From positions 128,141,518 to 128,205,517 of the forward strand of contig NC_068984.1 of NCBI RefSeq assembly GCF_001194135.2: a stretch of 64,000 bases of DNA. The letters are read 5' to 3'. This DNA is from Octopus bimaculoides (Eukaryota). The notes under the pieces were generated by a model that worked only from the letters and a program-made list of their open reading frames with translations, was not told where the DNA came from and did no database searches. This document shows, in pieces, positions 25,588-36,817 of the stretch; within the stretch, counting starts at the first letter, position 1; each line of letters begins with the position of its first letter. The translations under genes were made by a program, and so were the position numbers.

Positions 25588-26054
25588 TATTATCAAACAT
25601 TACCCACAGTGTGTGTGTGTGTGTCTTGTGGTCTCTCCTGTCGTACACAACAGATGAGTTTTCTGCAGTTTCTTGCTGAACATTCTCCACACATGATTAA
25701 TAGTGATCAAATATTTATGCTTACTCTATCCACCAGATCAATATTGCCTATACACATGCACAGTGCACCACGCATAAAATGTCAAGGTGATTGCAGAGCA
25801 ATGTGAAATGAATTGTCTTATTCAAGAACACAATGTACCACTCAATCCAAGAATTGAAACCATGATCTTGTTATTATGAATGCAAAACCTTAGACACTAG
25901 ACCATGAATATATACATATTCATTTGTGTGTGTGTCTTTATTATATATAAGTTAAAGAGAATTGTATATACTGTTGGATACTTCTTTTGTTGACCTGTAC
26001 TCATCAACTGATTGAATGAAACATTGGTTTGGGTATGAAATCTTGTTTACCTAT

Positions 26055-26240
26055 CATCATCATCATTTAACGTCCACTTTCCATGCTAGCATAGGTTGGA
26101 CGATTTGACTGGGGACTGGCAAACCAGATGGCTACTCCAGACTCCAATCTGATCTGGCAGAGTTTCTACAGCTGGATGCCCTTCCTAACGCCAACCACTC
26201 CGAGAGTGTAGTGGGTGCTTTTTACATGCCACTGGCACTT
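26055..26240 (-). mobile_element. RTE-LINE 3' end (or dependent SINE) with (GAT)n tail
   Basis: Reverse complement of the 40140-40326 tail. Further copies lie at 18055-18170 and 26775-26965, and a decayed same-orientation-as-40140 copy at about 28500-28830. Confidence 0.75.
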
Positions 26241-28004
26241 TTTACCTATGGAAAACCTTATTAAAAATTACAATTTCTAACACTTCTTTTTAGCAATTTT
26301 ATATTTTTTACACCACAAAATATAATCCAGATGTAGTTAGCGTGTAAAATAGTATAATATCTGTTCTACAAAAGCAATGAATTAAATGTGAACAGAAATT
26401 TTAGTTTCATGCTTGAAATGACTATTCAAATGGCTTAAGTTGCATCAATGAAATGCCAATGATTAATTTATATATAAGTTTTTTCATGTATATTCATGTA
26501 GCATGGACATATGCATATTTTTCACATTTCTGCATACGCATATCTATTTCTGTTCGTGCATGTGTGTGTGTAAGGTAAATCTATACACATCCTTTATGTG
26601 ATATCCCTCACTCTTGTAACCTCCCTCTCATCTTTTCTGTTTCCTTTCCTCACTTTACTTTACTACCTTTCAGCTTTTCCCTCTGGAAGATATGCTCTTT
26701 TTCTCTCTTGTTCTGCAAGGTGCATGTGTATTTTCCTACTAGCTAATATAAAGAATATTTAATCAATATCTATATCATCATCATCATTTAATGTCCACTT
26801 TCCATGCTAGTATGGTTTGGACGATTTGACTGAGGACTGGTGAACCAGATGGCTACACCAGGCTCCAATCCAATTTGGCATAGTTTCTACAGCTGGATGC
26901 CCTTCCTAACGCCAACCACTCCGAGAGTGTAGTGGGTGCTTTTACATGCCACCGGCATGAAGGCCATTCAGTGTGCTTCAAATGAAATTTTGAAGAAATT
27001 TAATGAACCAACAAAATTAAAGACAAAACTCAGAATAAGGGAAAAAGGGAATTTTTAAAGTAACAAATTATACATTTCTTTTTTTTTTTTAAATTTAAAA
27101 TAGATTGCTTTCCCAAAATGTTATTACACCCTTTAAAATAAAGCACACACAACTTACACACAAAACTCTAGGTATTGTAGGAAACGGTACAAGTTTTTGT
27201 ATTGGTCAATGATATAAAATATAATCAAGACTTAGTTTTGTGGATGTGTAGGACACACCCACAAAACTTTAGCTTGGGAGAGATCTGAGATTAAACACTA
27301 ACTTACTAGTCAATTAGTGGGAGCCAATGTAGTGAATAAATACTCTCCCCCAAAAAATTGCTGGCCTTGTGCCAAAATTTGAAACTCTTATTTAGACTAT
27401 ATTTTTATTCTTTTTTTTATTTTCAACAGAGCTGCTAAATTTAATGATTCATGGTACAAAACCATGATTCGTCATTTGCTTTTCTAAAGTTAAAAGTAAT
27501 TTATAAAATGGAACCCCGAAGCAATGCTGTGGGTACTGATGCTACATAAAAACCGCTGGTTCTGGTGCCATATAAAGTGCACATAGTAGACTCTGTAAAG
27601 TGGTTGGCATTAGGAAAGGTATCCAGCTGTAGAAACCAAGCTAAAACGTTTTCATAGCAAGGCTAAAAATACACAAGGATACCCCAACTCACATCATAAG
27701 TAATTGGTTCAAAGATTTCCCCATGTATTTTATGTGATTTTTCACTTCACTGTTGGTTTTTAGGTATTTAAAAAAATTTTAAGACCAATTTAGATCAATG
27801 TAAAGTCAAATAAATTGACTGAAGTTGAATTTATTTTCCTCATTAATTTCTTAAAAATAAAAAAAAACTTTAAGTCAAAGAAAGACACAACTCAAAATGG
27901 TATAAGTTGAGATCTGCCTGTATTTATTGAATATATGATTGTATCATTGTTTACAAGTTTAATATGTTTTATGTAGACTGAGAAATTGTGTTGTTTGGTA
28001 ACAG

Positions 28005-28134
28005 GTTAGACAAACTTCGGCACCATTTGATGCCATTGTACAGTTTTGATCCAGCTGCTGTAGATGAAGACCAAGATTGGGAATGTGAATTATTAGATGG
28101 AGATAAAGAACAACATGTTGCCCTGAGATCTGAG
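28005..28134 (+). CDS. SMIM29: SMIM29/C3orf18-like coding exon 3 (conserved juxtamembrane motif)
   Basis: Reads (R)LDKLRHHLMPLYSFDPAAVDEDQDWECELL, matching the recalled family motifs RLEKLRHQLMPMYNFDP (C3orf18) and RVDRLRHHLLPMYSYDP (SMIM29). Splice sites are AACAG| and GAG|GTTAGT. Confidence 0.9.
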
Positions 28135-28849
28135 GTTAGTATTTTTTTTATTACAATATTCCATTGCTTCATTTTCTTTATTACAAAAATTGCCTGTAGT
28201 GTTAGCCTTTATAACTATATATATATATATATGGACATGTCTGCACATTTTCCATTTATCTTATCATTGTTTCAATGGTTCATGTCTTTGTTCTACCTTG
28301 TTTTTGTTGCACTTTCAATCAGAATACATTGGTAAATAATAAACACGGCTGTGTGGTTAAGACACTCACTTGGTAACCACATGGCTTTGCGTTCAGTCTC
28401 ATGATTCTGAGTGCAACATCCCAACCATTAAGTCACATGCCCTCATACTGCATCTTCAAATGGATAGTAAACCTATACAAAGCTTGAGTGAGACCCACAA
28501 TAGAATGTTTACACATCTGGCACCCGTGCCTATAGCACATAAAAGCACCATTCAAGCATTGGGCTTCATGGAAGCAGTGACTGGTGACTGAGATCTTTGG
28601 TAATATACCATGCTTGTATAGACCTGTCAAGCCAAGTAAGACCATAATCGTGGCTGATGCCAGTGTCGGGTCAGTGGCATGTAAAAACCACCCAGTACAC
28701 TCTTGGAGTGGGTGGCATTAGGAAGGGCATCCAGCTGTAGAAACTTTGCCAAATCAGATCAAAACCTGGTACCAGCTTCCACTCAAACCATCCAACCCAT
28801 GCCAGCATGGAAAACAGATGTTAAACAGATGTGGGAAGCTGCTGCTATT

Positions 28850-29240
28850 GGTCTTACAGATATCCTAGACCACATATAAAACATACCTCCGACTGATTGG
28901 CATCATCAACACACTCCCATCTCTGACCCTTAGACTGTAATTCATTTCCTCACTCTACTCCTTAGAAATGGCTGATCCTGTGTTCCTTCTCACTCTCCCA
29001 TCTTTCTCACTCTTCTGACTTCTCATCACACATATTGTGCTCTCACCCAGGCCACACACTATCAACTTTTCCATTCCTTCATCCCCACAACACCCTCCGT
29101 CTGGAATTCCCTCTTTGCCCATACTTTACCTGCAACTGATGTCCATTAGTTATTCAAGAACCACATCAACTGTGTCAATCTCTGTCTTGTAAGCTCTTCA
29201 AAGGCCTTGAGTACAAACCTCTTCCTCCAGATCAGACCAT
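28850..29240 (+). mobile_element. CR1/Jockey-like LINE 3' end relic
   Basis: Reads HSFIPTTPSVWNSLFAH..LFKNHIN, resembling the NSF.P.T...WNSLP...FK C-terminal motif. Confidence 0.5.
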
Positions 29241-31375
29241 TAACAATAACAGTTCTGCATTAGAACTAACTATACCATTTGTATACTCTTTAATCATACA
29301 CACAATACTCTATCAGATTTATTTTTCTGAACCATGGCCATTTCTCTGTTGCTGGGCTTTGATGGGTGACATTTTTCATTAATATTTCAATCATTCCGCC
29401 TAGGTCAACTTTGCCTTTCATCCTTTCAGGGTCGATAAATTATGTATCAGTTGCATACTGGGGTTGATCTAATCGACTGGCCCCCTCTCCAAAATTTCAG
29501 GCTTTGTGCCTAGAGAAGAAAAGGATACTTCAATTTTTCATTAAACATCAATCTTAATTCAGCCATGTTTTCATATTGCAAACTGTTTAATATGATCTAT
29601 CTCTTGTGGCAGTTGTTGACTTGGATACATGTAACAGATATGATTGATTGACCTGCTAAAAATAGCAGCCAAATTTCTCTCAAATCATACCCAACTGTTG
29701 TAAATAAAGTTAGATATACCGAATGATGTTGGTAAATGCAAGACAAAAGGGGTCACACCTAGAATCCCTTTTACTCATAAGTTTGTTTGATTAGTGCTGA
29801 TCTGAGGCTAAATGTTAGCAATAACATATCCAATAAACAAACTCAATGACTGATCTCTGGAAGAAGCATTCTCACATGTATTCTAAGTCAATTGTCAATA
29901 ATTCACAGCATGCACAGCCATGGCTGTGTGGTTAAGAGGCTCACTTTGCAACCACATGGTTTCAAGTTCAGTCCCACTGTGTGGCACCTTGGGCGTGTGT
30001 CTTCCACTATAGCTCTGGGCCAAACAACACCATGTAGGTGAATTTGGCACATGAAAACTGAGGAAGCCTGCTCTGTGTGTGTTTGTGTGTATGTCTCTTA
30101 CAAGGCCTTATGGTACATAAAGAAAACACAGTGGGCTTCTCTGTATACAAACATAATCCATTCCAGAGCCTTGTTCATTACATGAGTAATTAAAATGCAT
30201 ATAAACGGGAGTAACCATTCCAAGCCACACTCAAACTCCAAACAATTGACCCAGAGCTATAGCAGAATACATTTGCCCAAGGTGCTACACAGTAGCATTC
30301 TTAATCACACAGCCATGCCTGCAATTATCCTCTCGTTTTTTTTTGTTTTTTTTTTAAGATAGTAGGATGAGATTTTAGAGAGCTTTCACAGGTATTTCTA
30401 AGCAAGCTGAGCAACCACATAGCACTTCCCTCATTGCCTCATGTGTTTTAGTTGTCCGGCACTATGATGGTGCTCAAGCTTACTCAGATCTTCTACAGTT
30501 TGAAAGGCCATTTCAGCCAGCAGACACCAAAGGTATAATACATAAATTACTTTTTTCTTCTATCAATATCAAATAAGAACTACATAATTATCAAATTATT
30601 TCATGTTATCATCATCATTATTGCTTGAAGAAAAGAGGAAGGGTTGATTGGTTGTGTAGACTAGTGGCCTATGGTGGTTGTTGTCATTTAGTGTGCTGCC
30701 ACACTGACCATACTATGACTAACATTAGTATTACTCAAATTAGGCACACAAACTGTGTATTTCTATTCAAAATGCAGGATCCAAAATGTAAATGTAACAC
30801 AATAAATGTAAACCAACATACAACCTTTCAGAATTCGACCTAACTTAAGTTTTGTTTTTGATCTTAATTTGTTTTCAAAACTAATAAATAATACACTTTT
30901 AGAAGTCAAAGTTATACGATGATATAGTAAGAAAAAATTCATGTAAAAAGAATTAGTTTTAGGTTAAGAATTTTAAATTAATTTAAATGTACAACTTCTC
31001 ACCACAAAAAGTGAACATGCGACCATTCTGTCAAAGATGTCGCACATCCTTTGCCATTAATTTTTTGCCATTCTCCCATTATCCTACAATACGCTTGGTA
31101 CCATATTACGATACAATGCACTGTGAGGTACACAGTATTATTTCAGGACACCCACTTCCACCAAATTTCAAGCAGGGGTATAACAAAAGTTTTCCATTAT
31201 GATTTGTGATTAAATTAACGAGTAAGGTTAATATTTATAATGAATTTGCCATTTTCAATGGGTGTGCAGAGCACACCTGGAATATATGCCCCTGGTGTAG
31301 ACTTCACCTCTGATCAGTGGTAGTAATCTCTGATTGGCTGGTTTAGCATCCTGGCATGTGAATATTTTGAAGTTT

Positions 31376-31594
31376 ACAAAGTGTGTGGGCCAAAAGTCAT
31401 GCACCAAAACATTTGACATTTTATTCTTTTTATTATTATTATTATTTTTCATTGTGTTCATCATTATAAGTACGTGTTTATTCATCATTATTTTATTTAT
31501 TTTATTCAATTTTAGAAAAAAATTGAAGCATGTCTCTGATAAATTCCAGAGCATATTGGACATATTTTGTACATGACTTTTGGCCCATTCTGTA
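31376..31594. mobile_element. Tc1-like MITE
   Basis: About 23-bp inverted repeats TGGGCCAAAAGTCATGCACCAAAA (31386-31409) and TTTTGTACATGACTTTTGGCCCA (31565-31587), with TACA-like ends. Confidence 0.55.
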
Positions 31595-33484
31595 TTTCAG
31601 AAATACATGAAGCAGGGTGGAGTACAAATTCCAAAGAACGGTACTCCCTAAAATAACAACACTTATAATTTTGGTTGAAAAATTTAGGGAACATCATTTG
31701 CAGGAAATACAGTATGGGTAATGAGTATTAATGATACAATGGCAGAGTTATAGATAAAACTGAGCAAAGACAAAGAGCTTGTTGTTGTAGTCTGAGTAGA
31801 CTCAGTGAGAGTACATATAGCAATGACTGAGCAAGAATTGGAGATATTTCAAAAAAAGAGTATTTAAAAGTTTCAAACACATTGTTTTCCTCTTGAGTGT
31901 AGTATAGGATCCCACTGACTGTGTATGGTTGGGTGCGTTTGGGGCCTCATAAAAACTTAACAGTAGCTCAACACTGAAATATTTTTTGAGCTCCATTTGT
32001 TTTACTAAAATATTAGTAAATATACTATTAAATGATTACCCAGTTACTTGTCCTTTGATATCATGAAAGCTATTCTGAAAGTCTGCTGATCAACTATTAC
32101 ACCTGTCTCATGAGTGTGTTTTATTTACTAATCTTTTAGTTAATAAAAAAAATTGGCTGTCAATAATAGGAAAACACCAAATTAAATCTCTAGACGCAGT
32201 GTAGTATGAATCTGTTAAATTTGAAATAAAATTTCGTAATTATTCCAGTTAAATGTCTATCAAAAGTACAAGGTGTATTTTATGCAAGTCACTTTGCCTC
32301 TATAAACTTGACATATCTCAACAAAAAACAGTTTCCAACATGACATTCCTCAACCAAAAGCTAGACTGATATATTAAAACTGATTTCTGCAGATAAAGAT
32401 AATGAAATTTTGAGGGAGTATATCTGATTTCCACAGTAAAAGGGTTAACATATGTAATGATGGGTATATTTTGTATTGGAGTTGTTTGTGTGATGTGATG
32501 TGATGTGTGGTTACAGCAATGCTGAGAAGTGACTTGAGACAGTCAATCCCAATGTGCATTGTGATGAGTGTATATTTTATATTGAGAATGGTTCTTTGAT
32601 ATGACATTTGAATTTTAGCATTTAATTATTAATAACAATTTATTAAGCATCATTGGAAGATGTAATGATGATTGCTGTCATTCACCAAAGAATTGCTGGA
32701 TTTAAAAGATGGGGTGAATTAGCACATTATTTCATAGGAGTGCAAGAGGCTGGTTGTCATTGATAAGAAGGAGTATTAAATTATGGAATGTGACAGATAT
32801 TTTGAAAACTTCAGAATTTCTGTAATGAGGAAGGTTTGTAAGTTTCTGATCCTTAACATTCTGGATTTATCCAGAGGAGAGAAATTTGGACAAGAGATTT
32901 GCATAGTTTATCAAAATATTTGCTTATAATTACATGCTGCAATTAATTGAGGTGCATGTAATGAAAAATATATGGTTGGAAATAATTGAGTAAAATAGAG
33001 ACAGGATAGTAACTTTTAAGTTGTGGATTTTTTTGTTTTACTTTTTTACTCATCTATCCAAGAGAAATATTACATTATATTTCCAATAATGCTGAAAGTG
33101 TGCATTCATTTATCCTTAAGTTTGCTAATATTGATTTTTATACTCAATATTTGATTTTTGTTCTATACAAAATCCTTCCAAGTAGAAGCTCTCTCTGAGA
33201 GTAATATTTCTAACTATGACTGTCATTTATCACTGAACAATAAGCTAACAGTTATAAAAACAAAGGAAGTGAACGACTTTCTCTTTACTAATTCAGAACT
33301 GTTTTTTACAAAATCTAAAAATATTTCTGTATTGTCTCCAGCCAAGCAGTATCTCTGACACTATTTTTAGATTGAATGAAAATGCTGTATCTATGTACCA
33401 TCTTTTGCTATAATTTAAGTTTCTGTTAGGCTAAAATAGTGAAAGAAGCAGCTTTGGACTTTATTATCGAATAATGTTAAAGAA

Positions 33485-33867
33485 TGTGGAGGTGCAATGG
33501 CCCAGTGGTTAGGACAGCGGACTCGCGGTCATAGGATCGCGGTTTCAATTCCCAGACCGGGCGTTGTGAGTGTTTATTGAGCGAAAACACCTAAAGCTCC
33601 ACGAGGCTCTGGCAGGGGATGGTGGCGAACCCTGCTGTACTCTTTCACTACAACTTTCTCTCACTCTTACTTCCTGTATCTGTTGTACCTGTAATTCAAA
33701 GGGTCAGCCTTGTCACACTGTGTCACGCTGAATAGCCCCAAGAACTTCGTTAAGGATACACGTGTCTGTGGAGTGCTCAGCCACTTGCACGCTAATTTCA
33801 CGAGCAGGCTGTTCCGTTGATCAACTGGAACCCTCAACGTCGTAAGCGACGGAGTGTCAACAACAAC
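33485..33867 (+). mobile_element. tRNA-derived SINE, full length with 12-bp TSD
   Basis: TSD AATGTTAAAGAA at 33473-33484 and 33868-33879, with a (CAA)n tail. Confidence 0.9.
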
Positions 33868-35212
33868 AATGTTAAAGAAGGAGATGTATCATTACAGTTT
33901 CCTTCACCAATAACAATTTGAAGTTTCAATTTCTGAATATAGTGAGCCCTGTATGAAGCAGAGCATCAATTGTATTTATTTACTAATTTATTTTATCTAT
34001 ATCATTTAAAATGACCCCTATTTTATGGTTGGGTATAATATTTGTAGAAAGATCTTTTGAATTATATCTTAATTTCTTCTTTGTTTTTAAAATAACTATA
34101 AACATATTCCTTGCAATAATTTTAATCAAAATTCAAATCCTCAAACAAAATTATTTTGTATCTACACAATTCTCATCACGTGAAAATTTTAGTTTTCTGT
34201 ATTTTTCTATTTTGATGCAGAAATCTATCACAGAGAATGTGTTTAACATTCCAAAATCTAAACTGTAATAAACTATTCTTTATCTCTTCCATTTAGCGCT
34301 GTGAGTCTTATAAAAGCCTTCTGCAATGTTCGCATGGTAGCATGCTGACGTGAATACTTTCATATCTGCTGCTGCTGCTGCTAGTACTTCCTTCCTGGTC
34401 CCAAGGTAGGTTCACTGGGGTCACTTTCTTCATCCCAATCACATTCCTCCACCTCCTCCTCATTGCAGTAACTGGTAATAATAATGATGATGATAATAAT
34501 AATAATAATAATAATGATGATGATGATGATAATGATGTTGTTACATATGCTAATATTTAATGTCATTCTATATATAAAATGACATGGGTCATACTTGAAC
34601 ATTAGTATGTCAATGTCTCTGACATTATTTCTTTGTTAATGACTTCATTATCAGTTTAGCTAATTGCTACAAGACAGTCACGGCTAATTTGCTATTTTAG
34701 AATTTGAAACCCTTTAGCAAACTTTAACAGATTTCTTGGTTAGGATGTATTCATAGAACAAATTAACTCTTAATATAGAAGTCCCCATAAAAAATGGATC
34801 CCACTATATTTATTCCTTCATAACCAAGAATCGCATTTAACTTTGAGAAAAAATATTTTCAACCAAAGTCTCTAATTTATTATTATTTTGTGGTCCTTTT
34901 CTCTAGTATCTGTACAAATTGTCTCTACTTGTATGTCCATTGTTCTTTAATGTAACTCTAGTAACACTAACGACTTGTAGGTATGAGGTATTTTGTTATG
35001 CAACGTTAATATTCCATTAAGTATATTAAACGTTTTTATAAGTAAACACCATGTTCTATTGCATTAGCAGTGTTCTTTTACATTATTTGTTAAGGTTATC
35101 TCTACAGATACTCTATAGAAATTATTGCCAGTCCTGATTTTTGTTACGACATTTCATATACGACAGGTCAGATGTAAACAAACAATGAGATCAAAGATGA
35201 AAAAAGGGTAAT

Positions 35213-35260
35213 GGGTGTATATGCCATATTTTGAGGCTTTTTGCCCTTTCATCAGCTCCC
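35213..35260 (-). ncRNA. Decayed minimal hammerhead ribozyme motif (left arm)
   Basis: Reads GGGAG CTGATGA AA GGGC AAAAA GCCT C AAAA TAT GGC ATA TA CACCC. The core CTGATGA is intact but GAAA is mutated. Confidence 0.6.
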
Positions 35261-35436
35261 ATTCAACCCTTTAATTATCCTTGAACACAGTGCTTAAATA
35301 GCCACTGTATACAACAGTGTTTGGTTATTGGATATACCAATTTTACATATTAAACACATTCCTGGAAGCTGTACATAAATACTAGTGACTTGTAGGTATG
35401 TGGTATTTTGTTATGCAATTATAATATACTATATAC

Positions 35437-35836
35437 TAGGTGCAGGAGTGGCTGTGTGGTAAGTAGCTTGCTTACCAATCACATGGTTCTGGGTTCAGTC
35501 CCACTGCGTGGCACCTTGGGCAAGTGTCTTCTACTGTAGTCTCGGGCCGACCAAAGCCTTGTGAGTGGATTTGGTAGACGGAAACTGAAAGAAGCCCGTC
35601 GTATATATGTATAATATATATGTGTATATGTTTGTGTATCTGTGTTTGTCCCCCCAGCATTGCTTGACAACCGATGCTGGTGTGTTTACGTCCCCGTAAC
35701 TTAGCGGTTCGGCAAAAAGCGACCGATATAATAAGTACTAGGCTTCCAAAGAATAAGTCCTGGGGTCGATTTGCTCAACTAAAGGTGGTGCTCCAGCATG
35801 GCTGCAGTCAAATGACTGAAACAAGTAAAAGAGTAA
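35437..35836 (+). mobile_element. SINE family A inserted into the palindrome
   Basis: Full-length match to the family A copies. Confidence 0.85.
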
Positions 35837-35973
35837 AAAAGTATATTAAACATATTTATAAGTCAATACTGCGTTCTAATGTAAAAGCACACCGCTAACA
35901 CAGTAGAACGTGGTGTTGACTTATAAAAGCGTTTGATATACTTTATAGTATATTAAATGTTTTTATAAGTATA

Positions 35974-36190
35974 AAGGCAGCAAGCTGAAAGAAACGTTAG
36001 CACACCAGGCAAAATGCTTAGCGGTATTTCATTTGTCTTTACATTCTGAGTTCAAATTCCGCCAAGGTCAACTTTGCCTTTCATCCTTTCAGGGTTGATA
36101 AAATAAGTACCAGTTGCATACTAGAGTTGATCTAATCAGCTGGCCCCCTCCCCAAAAATTTCAGGCCTTGTGCCTAGAGTAGAAAAGAAT
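35974..36190 (+). mobile_element. SINE family B (ACATTCTGAGTTCAAATTCC..GACTTTGCCTTTCATCCTTTC)
   Basis: Other copies lie at about 6250-6345, 21215-21435, 29400-29525, 44550-44705, 56400-56617, 58975-59135 (-), 59392-59610 and 62060-62220 (-). Confidence 0.8.
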
Positions 36191-36210
36191 ATACTTTATA
36201 GTATATTATG

Positions 36211-36599
36211 CATGTTGCATGTTGGCACTCCATCGCTTACGACGTCGAGGGTTCCAGTTGATCCGATCAACGGAACAGCCTGCTCGTGAAATTAACATGC
36301 AAGTGGCTGAGCACTCCACAGACACGTGTACCCTTAATGTAGTTCTCGGGGATATTCAGCGTGACACAGTGTGACAAGGCTGACCCTTTGAATTACAGGC
36401 ACAACAAAAACAGGAAGTAAGAGTGAGAGAAAGTTGTGGTGGAAGAGTACAGCAGGGTTCACCAACATCCCCTGCCGGAGCCTCGTGGAGCTTTAGGTGA
36501 TTTCGCTCAATAGACACTCACAATGCCCGGTCTGGGAATCGAAACCGCGATCCTATGACCGCGAGTCCACTACCCTAACCACTGGGCCATTCCACCTCC
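36211..36599 (-). mobile_element. tRNA-derived SINE with 11-bp TSD
   Basis: TSD AGTATATTATG at 36200-36210 and 36600-36610. Confidence 0.9.
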
Positions 36600-36769
36600 A
36601 GTATATTATGATTGCTTAACAAAATACCACATACCTACAAGACATTAGTATTTACATAGAAGCTTCCAGGAATGCATTTAATATGTAAATTGGTATATCC
36701 AATAACCAAACATTGCTGTATACAGTGGCTATTTAAGCACTGTGTTCAAGAATGATTAAAGGGTTGGAT

Positions 36770-36817
36770 GAGTGCTGATGAAGGGGCAACAATCCCCTAA
36801 ATATAGCATATACACCC
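36770..36817 (+). ncRNA. Decayed minimal hammerhead ribozyme motif (right arm)
   Basis: Reads GAGTG CTGATGA A GGGGC AACAA TCCCC TAAA TAT AGC ATA TA CACCC. The core is intact but G12 is mutated. Confidence 0.6.

Noticed and set aside
30379-30451. Upstream in-frame extension of the candidate cassette exon
   Set aside because: The acceptor context is weak and the stretch appears to be a decayed interspersed repeat; an open frame this long can arise by chance.
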